Assembly: GCA_963696075.1 (NCBI GenBank) | Contig: CAVOJD010000036.1 | Span: forward strand, 2,199 to 66,198 | Direction: 5' to 3' | Origin: an uncultured Alphaproteobacteria bacterium | Lineage (GTDB): Bacteria; Pseudomonadota; Alphaproteobacteria; Rhizobiales; Hyphomicrobiaceae | Length of the DNA stretch: 64,000 bases | In this document: positions 37,929-48,526 of the stretch, piece after piece | Layout: each line of letters starts with the position of its first letter | Numbering within the stretch: the first letter of the stretch is position 1 | Notes under the pieces: model-generated | Told to the model about the DNA's origin: nothing | Databases searched by the model: none | The model's input: only the letters and a program-made list of their open reading frames with translations | Translations under genes and position numbers: made by a program

Positions 37929-38190
37929 TTGAGATCGCGCCGGCCCAGTCATCTTAACCACGCAGGCCCGAATCAGCGCCGACCATTGATCCACCCAACG
38001 GTCTGCGTTCCCGAAAAATGCGAGAGCATTTATCCGGGATCTTTCGCGCCTGCGGCAAGCCACACCGTGACATTCGATGATAAGGATCCCGGATAAGCGC
38101 TGACGCGCTTTCCGGGAAAGCAAATTGGAAACCCGAGGCGTGCTTCAACCTCACAGTTAGGAGGTGTCCGCTAATCGGGATTGGCCTTGA

Positions 38191-39078
38191 TCACCCAAGC
38201 ATCCGCTTGATCTCGGCCTTAAGCTCATCGCTCAACTCCGGCCGCGACAGGGCATAGGCAATGTTCGCCGTCAGGAACCCGATCTTTGAACCACAGTCGT
38301 GGATTTCACCATCATACTGGACCGCAAAGAACGGCTGGCCGAGATCATCTCTGAGCCGCAGCATCGAATTGGTCAGTTGTATCTCACCACCGACACCGGC
38401 TTCCTGCTCACCCAGGAACTTGAAGATCTCCGGCTGCAGGATGTAGCGCCCCGAAATGTGCAGGTTCGACGGCGCGTCCTCCTTCGCCGGCTTCTCCACC
38501 ATCTCCGTAACCGGCGACACCTTCGCCGTGCGATCCTCGACCCCGCAGATGCCGTACTGGTGCACCTGGTCTTCCGGCACCGGCGCAACGTTGATGTGAT
38601 TGCCGCCGTGCTCGTTATAGGCCTCGATCATGCTCTTCAGGCACGGCGTCTCGCTCAAGTGCAGCATATCCGGCAGCAACAGCGCGAACGGCTCATCACC
38701 GACAATATCGCGCGCACACCACACCGCATGCCCGAGCCCCAGCGGCGCCTGCTGGCGTGTGAAACTCGTCATGCCCGCCGCCGGCAGATCCGCCTTGAGC
38801 CCCTCGAGGGCGTCCTTCTTGCCGCGCTTCGCCAGCGTATCCTCGAGTTCGTAGGCAAGGTCGAAATGATCCTCGATCACCGCCTTGTTGCGTCCCGTCA
38901 CGAAAATGAAGTGCTCGATACCGGCCGCCCGCGCCTCGTCAACCACATGCTGGATCACCGGCCGGTCGACCACGGTGAGCATTTCCTTCGGCACCGCCTT
39001 CGTCGCCGGCAGGAACCGCGTCCCCAAGCCTGCGACGGGAAACACCGCCTTGCGCACCTTTTTGTGTTTCTGAGACAT
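38191..39078 (-). CDS. galU: UTP--glucose-1-phosphate uridylyltransferase
   Basis: KAVFPVAGLGTRFLPATKAVPKEMLTVVDRPVIQ, LGLGHAVWCA, VEKP. Confidence 0.9.
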   Translation of the reverse strand: MSQKHKKVRKAVFPVAGLGTRFLPATKAVPKEMLTVVDRPVIQHVVDEARAAGIEHFIFVTGRNKAVIEDHFDLAYELEDTLAKRGKKDALEGLKADLPAAGMTSFTRQQAPLGLGHAVWCARDIVGDEPFALLLPDMLHLSETPCLKSMIEAYNEHGGNHINVAPVPEDQVHQYGICGVEDRTAKVSPVTEMVEKPAKEDAPSNLHISGRYILQPEIFKFLGEQEAGVGGEIQLTNSMLRLRDDLGQPFFAVQYDGEIHDCGSKIGFLTANIAYALSRPELSDELKAEIKRMLG

Positions 39079-39317
39079 TCAGCAAGCTCCCTCTTTCTCA
39101 AACGTGACGGCATTCAAAGCGCATCGATCCGTGAGCATAAGCAACCACCGCGAGGCCATGCCCACTTCAAAACCCGGCGAGTTAGGTCCGTCCGGATCAA
39201 CAGTGTCAAGCAAACCAGTAAATAGGGTTTGGTAATATGGTGAAGGGTATGATTTGACGTCATCTTATTGCGGCGGAGGCCCGCAATATGCCTTTCAACG
39301 AATGGAAAAAAGTAAAT

Positions 39318-40307
39318 ATGAGCATCCTCGTGACGGGCGGCGCCGGCTTCATCGGCTCCCACATGACCCATCGCCTTGCCGACCTCGGCGAAAAAGCCGT
39401 CGTGCTTGACAATTTGTCGACCGGCTTTCGCTGGGCCATCCCTGACGAGACCCCACTCGTTGAAGGCGATATCGGTGACCAGGAGCTCACAGCCCGCATC
39501 ATCGACGAACATGAGGTTGACGCGATCATCCACTTCGCCGGCTCCATCGTCGTGCCGGAATCAGTTGCAGATCCCCTCGGCTACTATCTCAACAACACCG
39601 TGAAATCGCGCGCCCTGATGGCGGTCGCAGTCGAAAAGGGCGTCCGCCACTTCATTTTCTCCTCCACCGCCGCCGTCTACGGCGCGCCCGAGACCATGCC
39701 CGTCACCGAGGCCACCCCCCAGCTCCCCGTCTCGCCTTATGGCTCCTCCAAGCTGATGACCGAGACGATGCTGCGCGACACCGCCGCAGCCCACGACTTT
39801 CACTACGCCGCTTTGCGCTATTTCAATGTCGCCGGCGCCGAACCGAAGGGCCGCACCGGCCAGTCGACCAAGGGCGCCACCCACCTCATCAAGGTTGCCT
39901 GCGAAACCGCCCAGGGCAAGCGCACCCACCTTGACGTCTACGGCACCGACTATCCCACCCCCGACGGCACCTGCGTGCGCGATTACATCCACGTCTGGGA
40001 CCTCGTCAAAGCCCATTCCGACGCCCTCGCCTATCTGCGGGGCGGCGGCCCGTCGACCATCATGAACTGTGGCTATTCCCGAGGCTTTTCCGTCCTCGAG
40101 GTCATCGACGCCGTCAAACGCGTCTCCGGACGCGACTTCGAAGTCCGCCTGACCGGCCGCCGCCCCGGCGATCCGCCTGAGATCGTCGCCGCCTCCGACC
40201 TCATCCGTAAAACCCTCGGCTGGCAGCCCGAACTCGAGGATCTCGACCTGATCGTCCGCCACGCGCTCGACTGGGAAGCAAACCTTGCCCGGCGCAACTC
40301 GATCTGA
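39318..40307 (+). CDS. galE: UDP-glucose 4-epimerase
   Basis: MSILVTGGAGFIGSH, SSTAAVYG, YGSSK, RYFNVAG, DYIHVWDL. Confidence 0.9.
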   Translation: MSILVTGGAGFIGSHMTHRLADLGEKAVVLDNLSTGFRWAIPDETPLVEGDIGDQELTARIIDEHEVDAIIHFAGSIVVPESVADPLGYYLNNTVKSRALMAVAVEKGVRHFIFSSTAAVYGAPETMPVTEATPQLPVSPYGSSKLMTETMLRDTAAAHDFHYAALRYFNVAGAEPKGRTGQSTKGATHLIKVACETAQGKRTHLDVYGTDYPTPDGTCVRDYIHVWDLVKAHSDALAYLRGGGPSTIMNCGYSRGFSVLEVIDAVKRVSGRDFEVRLTGRRPGDPPEIVAASDLIRKTLGWQPELEDLDLIVRHALDWEANLARRNSI

Positions 40308-40411
40308 TCCAGCCCTCGACGTCTCCATGACGCCGCCCTATTCCTGTTCTGGATGAAACCGCGCCCACGCCATCATCGGCCGGGCGCGCGTATTCCAGGC
40401 GGGAAAAGGTC

Positions 40412-41702
40412 ATGCTTGAACAGCGCAAGCCACAGCGAACCACGAGGCGCGAGCAGACCCGCGCTGCTGCATGTATCGCAGCGCTCGTGTGCCTCTTTGC
40501 CCTCCCGCTGGCCCCCGCTGCCGCATCCGGCCCCACCTTCGACGCGTGGCGCGCCGCGCTCTGGCCGGACGCCCGCGCCTTTGGCATCACCCGCGAAACC
40601 TTCGATGCAGCCTTCCGCGGCGTCACCCCCGACACCTCACTGCCCGACCTCGTCCATCCCACCGGCAAACCAGCTCCCCCGAAGCGCGGTCAGGCCGAAT
40701 TCACGCGCCCGCCCCAGGCCTACGTCGATGATACGCGCATCGCCCGGCTTGCTGAAATCGGTCGCGAACTCGCCGAAAAACATCGCACCATCCTCGACAA
40801 AATAGAGGCCCGCTTCGGCGTTGACCGCGCCGCCATCCTCGCAATCTGGGGCCGCGAGACCGCCTACGGCACCTACCAGGTCCGCCATGACGCCATCCGC
40901 GCGCTCGCAACCCAGGCCTTCATGGGCCGTCGCGCCGACATGTTCCGCCAGGAGTTGCTCCACGCCCTCAAGATGCTCCAGGACGGCGTCATCACCCGCG
41001 AGCGCTTCAAGGCCTCCTGGGCCGGCGCCACCGGCCTCACCCAGTTCATGCCGTCTGAATTCGACAAGCTCGCCGTCGACATCGACGACGACGGGCGCCG
41101 TGACATCTGGTCCATCCCCGACGCGCTCGCCTCCGCCGCCAATCAGCTCGCCACCAAAGGCTGGATCAGCGGCCGTACCTGGGGCTACGAAGTATCCCTG
41201 CCCAAAGGCGTCACCTGCGCCGAAGACGGTCCCCCCCGCACCAAGCCCGTCCGCGACTGGGTTGCCCGCGGCGTCCGCCGCGTTGCCGGGCGCAAATTCT
41301 CAAGCCCAGGCACTCGGCTACGACACCTTCCTCTTCTCCCCCGGCGGTGGCATGGGCCCGACCTTCCTCGTCACCGAGAACTTCATGGTCTTCAAGGCCT
41401 ACAACATGTCCGACCTTTATGCCCTCTACGTCGGCCACCTCATGGATCGCATCAAGGGCGGCGGCCGCTTCGTGACCGGCTGGGATCGCATCACCCAGCT
41501 CCCCACCCGTCAGATCGCCGCAATTCAGGAGATTCTGCAGCGTGAAGGCTATGCCATCGCCAAGATCGACGGCTTCATCGGCCCGAACACACGCAGCCAG
41601 ATCGGAACCTACCAACTGAAACACGCCCTTCCCGTTGATTGTTGGCCCTCCGCCACCCTGCTCGAGACCATGCAACAACGAACATCCGCCCCCCCGCGCT
41701 AG
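40412..41702 (+). pseudogene. lytic murein transglycosylase (MltB-like, C-terminal peptidoglycan-binding domain) interrupted by a +1 frameshift (or sequencing indel)
   Basis: Frame A: AILAIWGRETAYG, GATGLTQFMPSEF, up to VARGVRRVAGRKF. Frame B continues QAQALGYDTFLFSPGGGMGPTFLVTENFMVFKAYNMSDLYALYVGHL and the PG-binding motif IQEILQREGYAIAKIDGFIGPNTRSQI. Total span is 3n+1 nt. The switch is near 41289-41300, at GGG/AAA runs. Confidence 0.7.
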
Positions 41703-41743
41703 CCGCTTGGCCACAACCCGCGAACCGGTTATCAGGTTGAACC

Positions 41744-43210
41744 ATGAGCCGACCCGCCCTGATATCCTCGCGACCTCGCCCCGGACCGCCAAACCGGTCC
41801 TCGCGCAGCCACGCGCGACATCTCGGCGGCTTCGTTTCCATGTGCGCGGCCTTGGCCGTTATGCTCATCAGCGGTCTTTTTGCGCTCACCACCAGCGCGC
41901 CGCCGGCCCGCGCCCAGAGCGGCGACCTGCGCAGTGGTGAACTCAATCCGTTTCCCAAAGATGACGTCTACCAGGTCCACTTCATCGGCGACTGGTGGAT
42001 GGATGGCCTCAAATCGAGCCTGACCGCCTCCCTCAAGACCCTGCCCCGCCTGCGCCTCAACGACGACGTCATCGAATTGCGCTCGGTGCGCCGCACCGGT
42101 TGGGCGGACGAAATCGCAGCCCTCAAATCCCGCGCTGATTCAAGTCAGCTCGACATCTCGGTCGTCATGTTCGGCGCCAGCGAAATCGGTTCTGTCTTCA
42201 CCCCCACCCGCCATCGCTTCGGCACCGACGAATGGGCCAAGCTCTACGCCGCCCGCATAGACCAGGTCATGAAGACCCTCAAGGTGCACAGCGGCGCCGT
42301 CTATTGGATTGGCATTCCGATCGTCCGCCGCGCCGACCACAGCGAAGCATTCCAACTCATCAACACGATCCTGCGCGAACGCGCCTACCTCAACGGCATC
42401 AATTTCATCGACACCTACGCCCGCTTTCAGGACGAGAACGGCGGCTTCAACCGTTATGGCCCCGACCTCGCCGGCACCATCAAGTTGCTGCGCGCCAAGG
42501 ACGGCGTCTATTTCACCGCCGAAGGCAACACCAAGATCACACAACTTGTCGCGCAGATGATCCGCCGCGACCTCGCGGCTGTGAAAGCCCAGCGCGTCAT
42601 CGACCTCGCCGGCACCGAGGAAGAACTGGCCATCATTCGCAATCAGGCCAACCCCGATCGCACCAAACCCAAGCAGCCCGCCAAGACCGCGGCCAAGACC
42701 GCCAAGGCATCGATACCAAGCCCCATCTACGGTCGCCTGCAGGGCGGCGGCCTGACCGCGGACGACACCAGGGTCGCAATCGACACCAACTTCTCCGGCA
42801 CCCCGATCCGCCTCGACCTTGACCTCCCCCGCCCCGCATTGTCGGCCGCCGTGATGTCGCTCGTCACCCGCAACCAATCGAAGGACAAGCCCGCGCGCCT
42901 CGGCGACAACGCCGTCGAAGTCGCGCCCGGCGGCATCCCCCTGCTCTCCACGATCACCCCCACGGACCAAAGCGCGCTCGCGCTCAGAACGCGCCGCCTC
43001 TCGCCCACCCAGTCCACCTTCTTCAAGGTTTGGGGCAAAGGCGAGCGCCTTCCCCCCAAACCCGGCCGCGCCGATGATTTCTCCTGGCCGCGCCCCGAAC
43101 CCGAACCCGTCGTCCACGTAACAGCCAAGCCGGCAGATCAACTGGTCAGGCAAAGCCCCGAGCGTGACCCCAACCTGCCGCCATTGCCCCTCCAGAACCC
43201 GTTCCGCTGA
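41744..43210 (+). CDS. DUF459 / SGNH-hydrolase-like envelope protein
   Basis: N-terminal TM/signal segment, then VHFIGDWWMDGL, VVMFGASEIG, VYWIGIPIV, DGVYFTAEGNTK. Long Pro/Lys-rich C-terminal region. Confidence 0.7.
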   Translation: MSRPALISSRPRPGPPNRSSRSHARHLGGFVSMCAALAVMLISGLFALTTSAPPARAQSGDLRSGELNPFPKDDVYQVHFIGDWWMDGLKSSLTASLKTLPRLRLNDDVIELRSVRRTGWADEIAALKSRADSSQLDISVVMFGASEIGSVFTPTRHRFGTDEWAKLYAARIDQVMKTLKVHSGAVYWIGIPIVRRADHSEAFQLINTILRERAYLNGINFIDTYARFQDENGGFNRYGPDLAGTIKLLRAKDGVYFTAEGNTKITQLVAQMIRRDLAAVKAQRVIDLAGTEEELAIIRNQANPDRTKPKQPAKTAAKTAKASIPSPIYGRLQGGGLTADDTRVAIDTNFSGTPIRLDLDLPRPALSAAVMSLVTRNQSKDKPARLGDNAVEVAPGGIPLLSTITPTDQSALALRTRRLSPTQSTFFKVWGKGERLPPKPGRADDFSWPRPEPEPVVHVTAKPADQLVRQSPERDPNLPPLPLQNPFR

Positions 43211-43330
43211 TCCTCCGCCCACTGGCCCCCCACCGGCCCCATCTGGCGCCTGGCCGCGAAGCCCCGTGCACCGCATCACCGAATCGGCCATTGGTTGCAT
43301 CAACCAGAAACGAGAGCGGAAGGCGTCGCC

Positions 43331-44866
43331 ATGGCAGGTCCGGACATCGCCACGAACCCGGCATCAATCACGCCCCCCTCAGGCCCCCCCTACCTCACCA
43401 AATCGAGCTACGTCCGCGCCACCAAGTGCGACCGCCTGCTGTGGCTCTCCTGGCATCGTCGCCAACCCTACCAGGACCCGCTCCCAGGCTCCCCGGCAGC
43501 AACCGGCATGGAGATCGGCGAATACGCCCAGCGCCTGTTTCCCGACGGCGTACTCGTCGACCAGGCCCCGTGGCAACACGCCGAAGCCGTCGAGCGCACC
43601 CGCACCTTGATGGAAGACCCCTCGGTGCCGGCGATATTCGAAGCCGCCTTCGAGGCCGACGGTATCCGTATCCGCGCCGACATCATCGAGTATCTCGGCG
43701 ACAATCGCTGGGGCCTGCGCGAGGTCAAGTCCTCGACCCGCGTGAAGGCTGACCACGTCGTCGACGCCGCCGTCCAGGCCCATGTCATGACGCTATCGGG
43801 TGTCGAACCGGCCTCCATCGAACTGATCCACGTCAACCGCGACTATGTCTTCCAAGGCGGCGATATCGATTGGCCCGAGTTCTTCGCACGCGCCGATATC
43901 GCCGAGCAGGTCGCAGCCGAACGCATCGGCATGGCCGACGCCGTCACTGCCTTCCACGCCGTCCTGAACAGCACCCTCGAGCCCGACATCCCCCCCGGCC
44001 CCCATTGCCCCAAGCCATGCGATTACTGGGAGCACTGTACGGCTGAAAAGCCCGCCGACTGGATCATGAACTTGCCCCGCCTGTCTGAGAAACGCTTCGC
44101 CGATCTCACCGCCCGCGGCATCGAGCGCATTTCCGACATCCCCGCCGACATCGACCTCACCGAACATCAGGACCGCATGCGCGACGTCATCGTCACCGGC
44201 CGTCCGTACCTGTCCGATGGCCTGCGTAACGCGCTCACCCCCCTCGACGGACCGGCCAGCTACCTCGACTTCGAGGCAATGAACCCCGCCATCCCCATAT
44301 ACGCCGGCACCCGCCCCTACGAGCGCCTCCCCTTCCAGTGGTCTTTGCATCGCAGCGGCGGCCCCGACGGCCTCACCCACGAAGATTACCTCGCGCCCCC
44401 GGACCCGGCCCGCGATCCCCGTCCGGGCTTTACCGCCAGCCTGATCGATGCGCTCTCACATGACACCGCCCCGATCGTCGTTTACTCGCCCTACGAGCGC
44501 ACTGTCCTCCAGGAGATGGCGCGCCACCTCCCCGAACACGCCCCCGCCCTCGACGCGATCATCGCCCGCCTCGTCGACCTCTACGTCATCGTGCGCAGCC
44601 ACGTTTATCTCGCCGGCTTCTCCGGCTCCTTTTCCATCAAGACCGTCGGCGGCGCCCTCGCCCCGCATTTCAGCTACGACGGCCTCAACGACGTCGCCAA
44701 CGGCGAGCAGGCAGCCAGCACCTTCCAGCGCCTCGTCCTGGCCGATCTCCCCGCCAACGAAAGCGCCCGCCTGCACGATGCCCTCCTCGCCTACTGTCGC
44801 CTCGACACCCTCGCCCTCGTCGAGACCCATCAGGCCCTCAAACGGCTCGCCGGCGCCACCGCCTGA
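43331..44866 (+). CDS. DUF2779 domain protein (Cas4/RecB-like nuclease N-terminus)
   Basis: YLTKSSYVRATKCDRLLWL, IRADIIEY...LREVKSST, cysteine cluster HCPKPCDYWEHC, C-terminal YLDFEAMNPAIP...FQWSLH. ATG at 43331 preferred over TTG at 43295. Confidence 0.75.
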   Translation: MAGPDIATNPASITPPSGPPYLTKSSYVRATKCDRLLWLSWHRRQPYQDPLPGSPAATGMEIGEYAQRLFPDGVLVDQAPWQHAEAVERTRTLMEDPSVPAIFEAAFEADGIRIRADIIEYLGDNRWGLREVKSSTRVKADHVVDAAVQAHVMTLSGVEPASIELIHVNRDYVFQGGDIDWPEFFARADIAEQVAAERIGMADAVTAFHAVLNSTLEPDIPPGPHCPKPCDYWEHCTAEKPADWIMNLPRLSEKRFADLTARGIERISDIPADIDLTEHQDRMRDVIVTGRPYLSDGLRNALTPLDGPASYLDFEAMNPAIPIYAGTRPYERLPFQWSLHRSGGPDGLTHEDYLAPPDPARDPRPGFTASLIDALSHDTAPIVVYSPYERTVLQEMARHLPEHAPALDAIIARLVDLYVIVRSHVYLAGFSGSFSIKTVGGALAPHFSYDGLNDVANGEQAASTFQRLVLADLPANESARLHDALLAYCRLDTLALVETHQALKRLAGATA

Positions 44867-45008
44867 CCGACCGGCAGCTTGGCCACACCCCATCGGTCTC
44901 ATCGCCCCACCGCGCCCTTGCCGGTTTAAGCCCCCTGGCCCCTCGGCTAGAACTGTTGTGAGAAGAACACCTGTAAGACTGCGTTGATATTGTACTCGGG
45001 GGATTCAA

Positions 45009-48000
45009 ATGCGCCGGCTCGCCATCCTGGTTTTCGCAGCCCTTGCAGCGCTTCCCGCCAACGCCCAGGAAAAGGCGGAACCGCCAGCGACGGCTGAGAA
45101 GCCGACCGATCCGCGTGTGGAGAAATTCTCGAGCGAGTTGGCAACGCTCCACAAGCTTTGGAAAGCCCGCAAATACCGCGAAGCAATCGCCCCCGCCGAA
45201 CGCCTGACCGCGCTTGCCCGTGAGATCTATGGTGAAAACCACCTGCGCTTTTCAGGCTCCCTGTTCAATCTCGCAATGCTCTATCGCAACACGGGCCAGT
45301 ACGAAGCAGCCTTCGCCGTCTTCGCCAAGGTCTTCACGATCCAGCACCCGCTGCGCTCACCGGCCGACAAAGCCTACAAACGCATCCTGCAGCAGCTCGA
45401 CGAAACCGGCCAGCGCGTCGGCACCGGCCGCGAGGTGGTTGGTTATCTTGAGACGGCGCTTGAAAAGCTCGCCGCCGAAGGCACCGCCGGCACCGAGCAC
45501 GACGTCGAAATCAAGGCCCGCCTCGGCCGCCTCCTAAGGTTCCTTGCCGACTACGACCGCGCCGAGCAGGTCCTGCGTGAAGCCCTCGCCGTGCGCCGCC
45601 GCATCACGACCCCCGACGACATTTCGATCGTCATGGACCTCAACAACCTCGCCGGTATCGTCCGCGCGCGCGGCAAATACGCCGAAGCCGCCAAATTCTA
45701 CAAGGAAGCCATCGACGTCCAGATCCGCATCAAGGGCGAGAACAACGCCAACACCGGCATTCTCCTGGACAACATCGCCGTCATGTACCTCACCATGGGC
45801 CAGCCCGAGGAAGCCGAGCCCTATCAGAAGCGCGCGCTCGCGATCCTCGAAAAAACACTCGGCGATCACCACACCTCGACCGGCATCGCGCTCGGCAACA
45901 TGGCGGAACTCTACCGCAACCTCTCCCGCTACGCTGAAAGCGAACCTCTCTTCCGCCGCGCCATCGCAATTCTCACAAAGGCGCTCCCCCCGAACCATCC
46001 CCTTCTTGGCGCCGTTACCGACAACTACGCCGGCCTCTTCCAGCAGCGCGGCCAGCACGAAAAAGCGCTGGAGACCTACCGCAAGGCCATCACAATTCTC
46101 TCCGCCGCCCACGGCCCCGAGCACCCGGAAGTCGCCGTCGCATACAACAACATCGGCCTCGCACTCGGTTCGCTCGGCCGCCACGAGGAATCCGAGCAAA
46201 ACTTCTTGAAGGCGCTCGGTATCTCCCAGCGCGCCTTTGGCGAGGACAGCATCAAGCTCGCCACCACCTACGCCAACCTCGCCGACGTGCGCATTTCCTT
46301 GGCAAAGCTCGACGCCGCCCGCGCCGATGCCCAGCGCGCCATTGACTTGATCTCGACAAGCCTCGGCCCGCGCCATCGCCGCCTGATCTTTCCCCTGACC
46401 CGTGTCGGCGAAGTCGCCTTGCGCCAGAAAGACGCCGCCACGGCGTACGAGAAATTCAAGACCGCCGCCGAAATCTACGAGGAAGCCCGCCTCGCCATGG
46501 CGGCCCGCGGCGGCACCTTCGACGACAGCGGCGCGCTCAACCGCGTCATCGCCACCGCCTTCAACCTGAAGCGCGACGGCGGCCCCCTCGGCCCCGGCGA
46601 ATACCAGTCCCAGGCCTTCCGCTTCTCGCAATTGAAGACCGCCACGAAAGCCGGCGAGGCCCTCAACAAGCTCGGCGCCCGCCTTGGCGCGCGCGATCCC
46701 AACCTGCGCACCCTCGCCCGCGAACAGCAAGACCTCCTCGAAGCCTGGGCCAAGGCCGACAAGACCTTGATCAGCGCCGTCTCCGCCGCCCCCGCCCTTC
46801 GGGACAAGGCACGCGAAGCCGCGTTGCGCGCCGAAATCAAACGCTACGGCGACCGCCTCACCGAGATCAATTCCAGGTTCGAAACAGACTACCCCGAATT
46901 CACCGAACTGAGCCGGCCGCGCCCCGTCACCGTCGCAGCCCTCCAGCAACTCCTGAGCGACGATGAAGTCCTGATCCAGTACGTCGTCAATCCGTTTGCA
47001 ACCTACGCCTGGGCCATCACCGCCAGCGAGGCCCACTGGGTCCGCCTTCCCCTCAAGCGGCGCGAACTGCGCGACCTCGTCCACGCCGTGCGCTGCGGCC
47101 TCGACGTGGCCGAATGGATCGGCGAAGAAAAGCCGCTGGCCTGCTTCAACCTGATCGGCCGCTTCGCCGAAGGCGGTGGCGCCCTGCCGTTTGCAACCGA
47201 CAAGGCCCACGCGCTCTACACCAAACTGCTTGAGCCGATCAAAGACATCATCGCGGGCCGCAAGCTGTTGATCGTCACCTCCGACGCCCTCAATCGCCTG
47301 CCGATGCACGTCCTCCTGACCGAGCCGGTCGCCGACGACAGCCTTGAAAACCTCAAGCAGGCCCCCTGGCTGGTCCGCAGCCATCCGATCACCGTCCTCC
47401 CCTCGGTCTCGAGCCTCGCCATCCTGCGCCGGTCAAACCCGCTCCCCGTCACCACCGCAAGCACCGGCGAAACCGAGCGTCACCCCTATTTCGCCCTCGC
47501 CAATCCCCTTCTCCTTGGCCCTGACGGCAACGATCGCTCCGCCTTCGCCGTCACCGGCTGTGAGCACCATCAGGCGCCCAAGCCCGATGCGATCGTCTCC
47601 GCTGCCACAACACTGACGAGCTTCTTCCGCGGCGGCCAGGCTGACGTCGCGCGCCTGCGCACCCTCGCGCCGCTGCCCGACACCGCCGCCGAAGTTTGCG
47701 CCGTCGCCCGCGGCCTTGGCGTCTCCGCCGGCCATCTGCTGCTCTCAGACGCCGCGACCGAAACCCGCCTGCGCCAGCTCGACCGCGATACCGGCGCACT
47801 CTCGCGCTACCGCGTCCTCCACTTCGCAACCCACGGCCTCGTCTCCGGCGAGTTGAAAGGCCTCGCTGAACCAGCCCTCGTCCTCACGCCGCCTGAAAAA
47901 GCAACCCCGGAAGACGATGGTCTCCTCACCGCCTCCGAAGTCGCCGAACTCAGGCTTGATGCCGATTGGGTCATTCTGTCGGCCTGCAACACCGCCGCCG

Positions 48001-48299
48001 GCGCCGGCGCGGACTATGGCGGCGACGAGGCCCTATCCGGCCTCGCCCGCTCGTTCTTCTTTGCAGGCGCCCGCTCGCTGCTGGTCTCGCACTGGCCCGT
48101 GCGCTCGGATGCCGCCGTTGAACTGACGACACGCGCCCTCTCCCAGATCACGAACAACGCCACCATGAACCGCAGCACCGCCCTGCAGCGTGCCATGGTG
48201 AGCCTGATCGCAGACGAGAAAATCTACGCAGCCGCCCATCCCCAGGTCTGGGCCCCCTTTGTCGTCGTCGGCGAAGGCGCCAGCGCGGCTGGGAAATAG
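45009..48299 (+). CDS. secreted TPR-repeat CHAT-domain (caspase-like) protease
   Basis: Sec-type signal peptide MRRLAILVFAALAALPANAQE. About 9 TPR_12-like repeats (LNNLAGIVRARGKYAEAAKFYKEAI etc.). C-terminal CHAT His/Cys dyad (RVLHFATHGLV and WVILSACNTAAG). Confidence 0.85.
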   Translation: MRRLAILVFAALAALPANAQEKAEPPATAEKPTDPRVEKFSSELATLHKLWKARKYREAIAPAERLTALAREIYGENHLRFSGSLFNLAMLYRNTGQYEAAFAVFAKVFTIQHPLRSPADKAYKRILQQLDETGQRVGTGREVVGYLETALEKLAAEGTAGTEHDVEIKARLGRLLRFLADYDRAEQVLREALAVRRRITTPDDISIVMDLNNLAGIVRARGKYAEAAKFYKEAIDVQIRIKGENNANTGILLDNIAVMYLTMGQPEEAEPYQKRALAILEKTLGDHHTSTGIALGNMAELYRNLSRYAESEPLFRRAIAILTKALPPNHPLLGAVTDNYAGLFQQRGQHEKALETYRKAITILSAAHGPEHPEVAVAYNNIGLALGSLGRHEESEQNFLKALGISQRAFGEDSIKLATTYANLADVRISLAKLDAARADAQRAIDLISTSLGPRHRRLIFPLTRVGEVALRQKDAATAYEKFKTAAEIYEEARLAMAARGGTFDDSGALNRVIATAFNLKRDGGPLGPGEYQSQAFRFSQLKTATKAGEALNKLGARLGARDPNLRTLAREQQDLLEAWAKADKTLISAVSAAPALRDKAREAALRAEIKRYGDRLTEINSRFETDYPEFTELSRPRPVTVAALQQLLSDDEVLIQYVVNPFATYAWAITASEAHWVRLPLKRRELRDLVHAVRCGLDVAEWIGEEKPLACFNLIGRFAEGGGALPFATDKAHALYTKLLEPIKDIIAGRKLLIVTSDALNRLPMHVLLTEPVADDSLENLKQAPWLVRSHPITVLPSVSSLAILRRSNPLPVTTASTGETERHPYFALANPLLLGPDGNDRSAFAVTGCEHHQAPKPDAIVSAATTLTSFFRGGQADVARLRTLAPLPDTAAEVCAVARGLGVSAGHLLLSDAATETRLRQLDRDTGALSRYRVLHFATHGLVSGELKGLAEPALVLTPPEKATPEDDGLLTASEVAELRLDADWVILSACNTAAGAGADYGGDEALSGLARSFFFAGARSLLVSHWPVRSDAAVELTTRALSQITNNATMNRSTALQRAMVSLIADEKIYAAAHPQVWAPFVVVGEGASAAGK

Positions 48300-48526
48300 C
48301 CGCGCCGGCTGAAAATCATCACCGGGCAATCGGCTGAAAATATCGGTCAGTGCCGGTGATTTCTTTTCACCGCACCGCCCCCGCCACATTTGGGCGTCAG
48401 GAAACGTTGCAGCCCGGTGCGTCACAGGTGCGCGCCCTATGTCCCCTTCTGTGCGCCTTTGCGCCGAGGCGTCTCACCGGACCGCGCCACGACGCAGGAC
48501 AATCGACGAATGAGTAGGAGAGCCCG

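Noticed and set aside
38029-38095. Perfect 12-bp inverted repeat TTATCCGGGATC ... GATCCCGGATAA separated by 43 nt, in the convergent gap between the barrel gene and galU.
   Set aside because: Statistical support is marginal: roughly 0.4 such pairs are expected by chance within 100 nt across the window. There is no second copy and no associated ORF. It could be a terminator-like structure but nothing more can be supported.
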